From positions 2,430,001 through 2,462,000 of the forward strand of contig CP178758.1 in assembly GCA_047651235.1 (NCBI GenBank): a stretch of DNA of 32,000 nt, in the 5' to 3' direction. Shown here in pieces: positions 26,256-32,000 of this stretch (positions within the stretch are counted from its first letter, which is position 1; each line of letters opens with the position of its first letter). The position numbers and the translations under genes are program-made. The DNA is from Candidatus Electrothrix yaqonensis. GTDB taxonomy: Bacteria; Desulfobacterota; Desulfobulbia; Desulfobulbales; Desulfobulbaceae. Under the pieces are notes generated by a model, which was given only the letters and a program-made list of their open reading frames with translations, ran no database searches and was not told the DNA's origin.

Positions 26256-27944
26256 TTAACCACCACCACCTCCTCCTCCACCACCACCGCCACCTCCTCC
26301 ACCACCACCGCCACCTCCGCCACCACCACCACCGCCATCATCTCCGTCGCCATTACCGCCGAGGAGGCCTAAAAAGAAGCCGATGACGAAGCCGAAAAAG
26401 AAGAAGCTGGCGAAACCGTTGACGAAGTCGCCGCTATCGATGCCGCCGAAGATACCGACGCAGATGCCGCCGAAGATGCCGCCGAAGATGCTACCTTCGC
26501 ATCTGCCGCTGCCATCCCCCCACTTCATGACACTATAAATGCCAAAAATTGAAAACAGTATATATCCTATAAACTTAAACCATTTCCAAAATTCCTCTGA
26601 TTTTATATTATGCGATAAGGCAACGAATCGATTTTGCTTCCTCTTCTGCCACTGCGGTACCGAGAACGCAAGAATGCCGTGAGGAAAAGCAACCCGCACT
26701 TCAAGCTCCTGACCGGGCGGAAGTACATCTTGCAAGGTGAATTCAACTGTCCTGTCATCGACCTGTCGTGTATCGGCACTCCCTCCGAAGCTCTTGAAGT
26801 TACTAATCTGACCGGCCAGTGACTCCGGCAGGCGCACAGTCACCGTGCCGTTATTAATAGGTGCAGACCGTTCTTTAAAAATAGCCTTCCAGTACACCAA
26901 ATCTTCTTTGCTCTGAATGTGCAGACCGCCCTTGACCCGGTACTTGATGGTGAAGATATGACTTTCCGGCGGGTTTAACGTGTGTCGCCACTTGATCCAC
27001 TGCTGGCCGTTCTCGGCATTCGAGGAAGCTGCAAGGTTTCTCTCTCCCTCAAAGACCTCCACGTTGTCAATGTAGTCCACTCTGTCCAAGGGGATGTAGC
27101 GGTACCGTTGATTGGTATGCGCCGCAGTGAAAACATACTTCTGAGTCTCGGTCACCAGCATGTCCCCGTTCTCCTGAACATCAATTTCCACATTCATAAA
27201 CTCCCAGTAAAAGGGTGGGGATTTCGCCGATGCGGTCTGGACGCGCGAAGAGGATACAGGTCGTTTGTGCTTTCTCTTCTGCCACTGCGGCACCGAGACA
27301 GCGAGAATACCGTGAGGAAAAGCAACCCGCACCTCAAGCTCCTGACTAGGCGGAAGCACATCTTGCAAGGTGAATTCAACTGTTCTGTCATCGACCTGTC
27401 GTGTATCGGCACTCCCTCCGAAGCTCTTAAAGCTGCTGATCTTTCCGGCCAGCGAATCCGGCAGGCGTACCGTCACCTTGCCGCTTTGAATCGGAGCGGA
27501 TCGGTCTTTAAAGATAGCTTTGACGTACACCCAATCTTCTTCGCCATGAACCTGAATACCGCCTTTAATGCGATATTTCAGCACAAAGGTATGGCTCTCC
27601 GGTGGGTTCAGTTCATGCCGCCATTTAATCCACCGCTGCCCGTTCTTGATATTTGTACTGAACGGAAGTTTTTCGTCCCCTTCGTAAACTTCAATCTGAT
27701 CAATGCCATCCACCTTATCCAGCGGGATGTAGCGATATCGTTCGTTGGTGTGCGGCCCGGTGAAAACGTACTTCTGGGTCTCGGTGATAAGCATGTCACC
27801 GTTTCCCTGCACATCAATCAGCACGTTGATGAAATCCCAGTAAAAGGGCGGAGATTTCGCCGATGCGGTCTGGACGCTTCCTAAAAGTAATGCAAGTACG
27901 ATTGCCTGGACATACACTGTAAGCAGTTGTCTGAGGCATTTCAT
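26256..27944 (-). CDS. DUF2207-like membrane protein with a tandemly duplicated ectodomain, Gly-zipper TM region and a 26-residue poly-Gly C-terminus
   Basis: ATG 27944 is preceded by aggagg (complement of 27950-27955). The signal peptide is MKCLRQLLTVYVQAIVLALLLGSVQTASA. Two ~211-aa copies follow, each reading FYW(D/E)F.NV.IDVQ.NGDML.TETQKYVF....TN.RYRYIPLD.VD.I..(V/I)EV.EG, which fits the DUF2207 N-terminal domain pattern. Hydrophobic, Gly-rich helices and the tail GGNGDGDD+G26 come next. The ORF-track N-terminal extension to 28295 is rejected. Confidence 0.75.
   Translation of the reverse strand: MKCLRQLLTVYVQAIVLALLLGSVQTASAKSPPFYWDFINVLIDVQGNGDMLITETQKYVFTGPHTNERYRYIPLDKVDGIDQIEVYEGDEKLPFSTNIKNGQRWIKWRHELNPPESHTFVLKYRIKGGIQVHGEEDWVYVKAIFKDRSAPIQSGKVTVRLPDSLAGKISSFKSFGGSADTRQVDDRTVEFTLQDVLPPSQELEVRVAFPHGILAVSVPQWQKRKHKRPVSSSRVQTASAKSPPFYWEFMNVEIDVQENGDMLVTETQKYVFTAAHTNQRYRYIPLDRVDYIDNVEVFEGERNLAASSNAENGQQWIKWRHTLNPPESHIFTIKYRVKGGLHIQSKEDLVYWKAIFKERSAPINNGTVTVRLPESLAGQISNFKSFGGSADTRQVDDRTVEFTLQDVLPPGQELEVRVAFPHGILAFSVPQWQKRKQNRFVALSHNIKSEEFWKWFKFIGYILFSIFGIYSVMKWGDGSGRCEGSIFGGIFGGICVGIFGGIDSGDFVNGFASFFFFGFVIGFFLGLLGGNGDGDDGGGGGGGGGGGGGGGGGGGGGGGGGG
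26630..27895 (-). repeat. 633-bp (211-codon) in-frame tandem duplication inside the DUF2207-like gene
   Basis: ttctgccactgcgg occurs at 26644 and 27277, giving a 633-bp period. Long near-identical stretches follow, e.g. ...gtgaggaaaagcaacccgcac(t/c)tcaagctcctgac...gtgaattcaactgt(c/t)ctgtcatcgacctgtcgtgtatcggcactccctccgaagctctt. The membrane-proximal halves of the units are more similar than the distal halves. Confidence 0.9.
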
Positions 27945-27989
27945 GGTTCCTCCTATGTTTTTTCTTTTCAAAAAGATGCGTTGATTCAG

Positions 27990-28335
27990 TTCGATGTTCG
28001 ATAGACTCAACCGCCTCAGCCGCCACAACCAGTTTTCGGAGGTACAAAACGACGAATTGGACGTTCCGAACGAGCTTCTGTATATACCAAACCTCTTCCA
28101 GGACGTACCAGACGAGCTTCTGGATGTCCCGTACGAGATCGCGGATGTTCGTAACGAGACTTTGTACATCCAAAACCTCGATTTGGACATCCGGGAAGAG
28201 ATTATGGACGTTCGTAATGAGGTTTTGTACATCCCAAACCTTGACTCGGACATCCTGTAAGAGCTTTTGCATGTTCGCAACGAGGTTTCATACATCCAAG
28301 ACCTCTATTCATACCTTGCACAGCAGGATACACAT
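27990..28335. repeat. Degenerate tandem array of ~16 x 21-bp units with a 63-bp higher-order period
   Basis: Units are in register from 28038 to 28331. Examples: ggacgttccgaacgagcttct, gtatataccaaacctcttcca, ggacgtaccagacgagcttct, ggatgttcgtaacgagacttt, gtacatccaaaacctcgattt, ggacgttcgtaatgaggtttt, gtacatcccaaaccttgactc. Unit positions 1, 3, 6, 8, 12, 14 and 15 are invariant among the gga-type units. Four reading frames stay open across the array. Confidence 0.9.
27994..28260 (+). CDS. Candidate acidic heptad-repeat ORF encoded by the 21-bp array (88 aa; possibly a truncated relic)
   Basis: The translation is (D/Y)(V/I)(P/R/Q)(N/D)(E/L)x(L/S) heptads: EVQNDEL DVPNELL YIPNLFQ DVPDELL DVPYEIA DVRNETL YIQNLDL DIREEIM DVRNEVL YIPNLDS DIL*. 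The most variable unit positions (4, 7, 10, 13) are third codon positions in this frame and the invariant ones are second positions. There is no Shine-Dalgarno. Repeat homology continues past the TAA (28258-28260) to a TGA near 28338. Confidence 0.35.
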   Translation: MFDRLNRLSRHNQFSEVQNDELDVPNELLYIPNLFQDVPDELLDVPYEIADVRNETLYIQNLDLDIREEIMDVRNEVLYIPNLDSDIL

Positions 28336-28658
28336 GTCTGAATATAGACTTTCACCAACTTCTCCGCCTGGAGAAAGAAGGGTAATTCCGCCGTTTCCTT
28401 TCGCTAACCAGTGAAAGACCATGCATAAGCTCGTAAACACGAAGGCGGATAAGAGCGTATTGGCAGATTTTATGTTGAGATATTCTTGCAGTAAATTCAC
28501 ATTTCAGCTAATTTTATGCATACAGCATGAAAAACAGAATAAAACGTACAGCCCGCTGCCGCAAGGTCTGATTTTCCCGGAGGAGTCTTCTGTGAAGCAA
28601 GACGCGCCAACGTTGTGCATCGCTGAGGCTTATCGCCAGTTTCATAAAGAGACGTTCC

Positions 28659-30221
28659 ATGAAAAAACTGCCCATCGGAAAACAGGAGTTCAAAGGTCTT
28701 ATTGAAGGCGATTTCGTCTACGTGGACAAAACCGACTACCTTGTTTCCCTGGCGGAATCCACCATCCCCATCTTCCTTTCACGCCCCCGCCGTTTCGGCA
28801 AATCCCTGATGGTCAACACCTTCAAAGAACTCTTCAGGGGCAACAAGGAGCTTTTCCGCAACACCTTCGCCTATACCCGCTGGGACTTTCAACAAGTCCA
28901 CCCGGTCATCCGGCTGGATCTGAGTCAGGTCGTCGGCGATACAGCCCGGACAGTGGAAAAACAGCTCTATGAACTGATCAGAGATCAGGCGGAAGATTTC
29001 AATCTCACGCTTACGGAAAAAAGTGCGGCAAATATCGCCCTTCGCCAGCTTATCAAGCAACTGGGCAGGGAAACGCCGGTTGTCATCCTCGTTGATGAGT
29101 ATGATGCGCCGATCCTTGATAATCTCCGTAATCCCGATCTCTTGGAGATAAAAACGATTCTGCGCGGATTCTACAAGATCATCAAGGCAAGCGAGGAATA
29201 TATACGTTTTGTCTTTATTACGGGTATTTCCAAGTTCACCCACGTCGGAATCTTCAGCGCGCTGAATAATCTCGAAGATATAACCCTTGCCGACCAGTAC
29301 GCATCAATCCTCGGGTATACGGAACAGGAGATAGATACTTTTTTTTCAAAGCGGATCAACCTGATCAGAGAGCAGCTCGGACTGACGGAACAGCTCTTCC
29401 GAAAAAAAATGGCGAGCTATTACAACGGATATTCCTGGGACGGTCGGAACTTTGTCTATAATCCACTTTCCATTTTAAAATTCCTCAACAACAAAGGAAA
29501 ATTCATACCCTACTGGATGGAAACAGGCTCCCCGGAATACATTATCCGCTATTCTGAAGATAAACAGTTTGATATAAGCGCGTTTGAACAGTTGAAGGTC
29601 TCACAGACATTTTTGAGCAAAAGAGACATTGACAACGCTTCTCCTGAAAGTTTTCTTACCCAGGCAGGCTATCTGACGATCAAACAAAGCGGAGAGGAGA
29701 GCTATACCCTTGACTTTCCTAATCAGGAAGTCCGCCGCTCTTTCTGCGAGCTGATCCTTAATGCCCAGTATGCCGTAGCTGATGCCGATATTCTGGGAGT
29801 ACAATCGGAACTGCGCAAGGCACTGGATATCTGTTCGATTGAGGGTATTGTCCGTCAATTCAAGGTAATCTTTTCCTCAATCCCTTATGTCCATTTTGAT
29901 GCCAATAAAACCGAGCACTTCTATACCGCTGTGTTGCTGATGTACCTTCAGGCGGCAGGATTTCATGCCTCGGCGGAACGCCTGGGGAATAAGGGCCGCC
30001 TTGATCTTTCATTGCATGACAAAGAAAATGTCTATCTTTTCGAGTTAAAAACAGATTCCGCTGAAAAAGCTGTTCAGCAGATTGTTGAAAAAAACTATGC
30101 CGGAGCCTATGCAAACAAGACCGTCTTTCTGATCGGGCTGCAGATCAACTTCAGTGAACGCAATATTATCCGGTATCTGACGCAAGATTACAGGCAGTCA
30201 GGAGCAACAGAAAAAAAATAA
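28659..30221 (+). CDS. AAA-ATPase-like domain protein with a C-terminal PD-(D/E)XK nuclease-like domain (PF09820/PF08011, DUF1703-type)
   Basis: The N-terminus MKKLPIGKQEFKGLIEGDFVYVDKTDYL......FLSRPRRFGKSL is the hallmark opening of this family. The C-terminus has ...GNKGRLDLSL......YLFELK......A..QI.EKNYA (PDDEXK_9 pattern). Confidence 0.85.
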   Translation: MKKLPIGKQEFKGLIEGDFVYVDKTDYLVSLAESTIPIFLSRPRRFGKSLMVNTFKELFRGNKELFRNTFAYTRWDFQQVHPVIRLDLSQVVGDTARTVEKQLYELIRDQAEDFNLTLTEKSAANIALRQLIKQLGRETPVVILVDEYDAPILDNLRNPDLLEIKTILRGFYKIIKASEEYIRFVFITGISKFTHVGIFSALNNLEDITLADQYASILGYTEQEIDTFFSKRINLIREQLGLTEQLFRKKMASYYNGYSWDGRNFVYNPLSILKFLNNKGKFIPYWMETGSPEYIIRYSEDKQFDISAFEQLKVSQTFLSKRDIDNASPESFLTQAGYLTIKQSGEESYTLDFPNQEVRRSFCELILNAQYAVADADILGVQSELRKALDICSIEGIVRQFKVIFSSIPYVHFDANKTEHFYTAVLLMYLQAAGFHASAERLGNKGRLDLSLHDKENVYLFELKTDSAEKAVQQIVEKNYAGAYANKTVFLIGLQINFSERNIIRYLTQDYRQSGATEKK

Positions 30222-30263
30222 CTCCCCTTATGTCCCTCTCCTTTTTTTACGGAGGTATCTTCT

Positions 30264-30644
30264 GTGAAACATGTAGGTTCGTTACGTTACGGCGTTATAT
30301 TCAAGAAAGCCTTCAGCCACCCTGAGATTTTCACCTCCTTTGTCCGCGATGTCGAAACTCAGTACCGCCCTGAAATCAGCTCTATCTTTGATTACATAGA
30401 AAAAAGCTGTATCAGCCCGCGAGATGCCGCTGAAATGAAGGAAGAGGCAGCCCGCGAGGAAAAATTCAAGGAATTGGAGGATGAACTCAAAGCGGTCAAA
30501 TAGAATCTCGACGTAGCCAAGATTGAAGAACGCAAAGCAATCGCCCGGACTATGCTGAACAACGGTCTCAGTATTGAACAGGTGGCAAACTGTACGCAGC
30601 GCAGGGTCGAACAGGTTACGGCACTGGACAAAGGGTGCAGGTGA
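30264..30644 (+). pseudogene. Remnant of an Rpn / PD-(D/E)XK-nuclease-family putative transposase gene (N- and C-terminal pieces only, in-frame TAG)
   Basis: After a GTG start, LRYGVIFKKAFSHPEIFTSFVRD resembles the family N-terminus (L.yD..FK..F..pe). After an in-frame TAG (30501-30503) the same frame reads ...ERKAIARTMLNNGLSIEQVANCTQRRVEQVTAL, resembling the C-terminal helix-turn-helix tail. The ~200-aa nuclease core is missing. Confidence 0.4.
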
Positions 30645-30652
30645 GGAGTCAT

Positions 30653-31849
30653 CAGGGCTGTTCAATTCTATAAGAGCTTGTGTTTTCAAGAGGTATGCAG
30701 TAATTGATACAGAAAAACTTTACACGAGGATTCTGCATGCTGTTTTTTTGCTGAACACAATCAAAGATCATCGACGCGGGCAGGGCCGGCGATATGAGCT
30801 TACGCATATTCTTCTGTTTTCGATCATGGCGATCCTGAGCGGTTCGGATTCTTATCGCAAAAATCTGTTCGTTGATGCGCATCGTGAAAGGCTCAATGAA
30901 TATTTCGGCCTGGACTGGAAAAAAGCTCCTGCATATACAACGATCCGCACTGTCATTCTGAATACTTCCGGTTCGGAACTTGAGCGGATTTTCAGGGAGC
31001 ACGGCAAAGCTCTCGCGGAAGAGGAACCGGACGGAGAATTTATTCATTGCGACGGCAAAACTCTCCGGGGAAGTTTCGATAACATGAAGGATATTAATCA
31101 GCTTCAGATATTGAGTGCTTTTGCTGGCGACCGCGCCGTCGTTCTCGGCCATGAAGAAATCAGGGAGAAAAGCAATGAAATCCCGGCGGCGCGGAAACTG
31201 ATGAAAGAACTCGGTTTATCCGACCGCATTTTTACCTTCGACGCCCTTCATTGTCAGAAAAAAACTCTTCAGGCCGCCGCTGAAACGGGAAACGATGTGA
31301 TTGCTCAGGTTAAAAAAAATCAGAAAACTCTCCTGAACGACTGTGAAAATATCGCGAATACGTCTGTTCCTGATGATGTTTTCACGGGGCCTTTTGAAAA
31401 AAAAACGAAACCGTATAGAGAGTCGCAAAGTGGAAGTTTTTCTGTCCCCGCTGCTTACGGATGCGAAAAAATGGAGTTCGGCCGAAGCCGTCATCAGAAT
31501 CGATCGATTTCGTCAGGTGTTTGATACAAAGAAGAAAAAATGGAAAAACACTCATGAGACATCCTTTTATGTTTCAACAGCCGGTTCGGACGCTGAAGAA
31601 ATATGTCAGGGAATCCTGGGGCATTGGCGGATCGAGAATGGAAATCATTATGTTCGGGATGTTTCTATGGGCGAAGACCGCTCCCGAATTCGTTGCAATC
31701 CGCACATATTTGCGAAACTGAGAAGCTTTGCTCTCAATATTCTTCGTAAGAACAAGGTGAAGAATGTCAGCCGGGAGCTTTTCAGGAACTGTATGGATAT
31801 AAATCGTCTGTTTGATTACGCCGGGATTTTCTAGAATTGAACAGCCCTG
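30653..31849 (+). mobile_element. ISAs1-family insertion sequence, 1197 bp, with 18-bp perfect terminal inverted repeats
   Basis: cagggctgttcaattcta (30653-30670) is the exact reverse complement of tagaattgaacagccctg (31832-31849). The interior encodes an ISAs1/H-repeat-type DDE transposase. No flanking target-site duplication was seen (ggagtcat versus ggggtatt). Confidence 0.85.
30700..31834 (+). pseudogene. ISAs1-family (H-repeat-associated) transposase, split by a frameshift in an A9 run; start codon unclear
   Basis: ORF1 motifs: I.DHRRGQGRRYEL..ILLFSIMAILSG, IHCDGKTLRGSFD, KSNEIPAARKLM..L and TFDALHCQKKT. ORF2 motifs: HWRIENGNHYVRDVSMGEDRSRIR. The frames switch at A9 (31397-31405); removing one A restores ...FEKKRNRIESRKVEVF.... 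No ATG lies inside the IS upstream of the conserved N-terminus. Confidence 0.75.
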
Positions 31850-31936
31850 GGGTATTCAGGTTCTTGCCTACAGGGCGAAGGTCACGCCGGAATCAATCAG
31901 TATTACAGAGAAAATGGATATTTGCGAAAAACAGTC

Positions 31937-32000
31937 ATGAATAACAGGCAAAAAAAAGCAGTTATTCTGCTCAGCGGCGGCCTGGATTCCACCACAGTCC
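31937..32000 (+). CDS. queC: 7-cyano-7-deazaguanine synthase (QueC) N-terminus; continues beyond the window
   Basis: MNNRQKKAVILLSGGLDSTTV carries the PP-loop motif SGGLDS in the position and context typical of QueC/ExsB. Only 21 codons are visible. Confidence 0.6.
   Translation, partial: MNNRQKKAVILLSGGLDSTTV

Noticed and set aside
26259-26336. Poly-Gly coding tract as a slippage-prone phase-variation microsatellite
   Set aside because: The 26 Gly codons are a mixture of GGT, GGA and GGC, with at most four identical triplets in a row. Any triplet slippage would stay in frame, so on/off switching is not expected.
27814-28272. 152-aa minus-strand ORF across the repeat array with coiled-coil-looking heptads (DVQNLIT NVHNLFP DVQIEVL ...)
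   Set aside because: In this frame the most variable repeat positions fall on first codon positions and invariant ones on third positions. It would also overlap the DUF2207-like gene by 130 nt in another frame. It is kept only as an alternative hypothesis inside the repeat finding.
27945-28295. N-terminal 117-aa extension of the 679-aa minus-strand ORF (MYETSLRTCKSSYRMSESRFG...)
   Set aside because: The extension is just the stop-free 21-bp repeat read in one frame, giving a Ser/Thr/Arg-rich heptad with no signal or domain. A strong aggagg RBS plus ATG at 27944 starts a canonical signal peptide, so the gene is called 26256..27944.
27990-28335. Possible CRISPR array (and likewise the 400-654 repeat)
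   Set aside because: The units abut without spacers and are degenerate (21 bp), or there are only two long copies (125 bp). No cas genes are present in the window.
31850-31936. preQ1 riboswitch upstream of queC
   Set aside because: I looked for the small hairpin followed by an A-rich tail ending near the RBS. The leader has no convincing match by eye. An Rfam scan would be needed to be sure.

Overview
All calls come from reading the sequence and the ORF track by eye. No BLAST, HMM or RNA-folding search was run, so family names rest on recognised motifs. The window looks like a Gram-negative chromosome segment of about 50% GC. Evidence for Gram-negative: an outer-membrane barrel ending in Phe and a Wza/Wzc export pair. 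The lineage cannot be established from sequence alone.

The left part (1-6.2 kb) is housekeeping on the plus strand:
- priA 3' end
- a ParE/GyrB-type topoisomerase subunit
- a small dihaem c-type cytochrome
- ppsR
- a lipoprotein-type alpha/beta hydrolase
- dCMP deaminase

A co-directional exopolysaccharide export block covers 6.3-15.2 kb:
- a secreted protein
- an outer-membrane barrel with an acidic repeat arm
- a Wza-like exporter
- a Wzc-like tyrosine autokinase
- an O-antigen-ligase/TPR fusion

From 15.2 to 18.1 kb there are a TPR gene remnant, a Pro-rich membrane protein, a JAB/MPN-like protein and a divergent Glu/Leu/Phe/Val dehydrogenase.

The right part (18.1-31.9 kb) looks accessory and partly decayed:
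- a gmhB-like remnant
- a secreted repeat protein
- a MITE-like element with a 7-bp duplication
- yefM-yoeB with an operator palindrome
- a GTP-PEPCK-like gene
- a FISUMP-domain protein
- half of a sugar ABC importer
- a DUF2207-like protein with a duplicated ectodomain and a 26-Gly tail
- a degenerate 21-bp repeat array with coding-like substitution
- an AAA-ATPase-like/PD-(D/E)XK protein
- an Rpn-like remnant
- a frameshifted ISAs1-family IS
- the queC start

The observations most worth follow-up are the 21-bp heptad array beside the DUF2207-like gene and the tandem 125-bp hairpin/micro-ORF repeat at 400-654. No CRISPR array, rRNA or tRNA was found.
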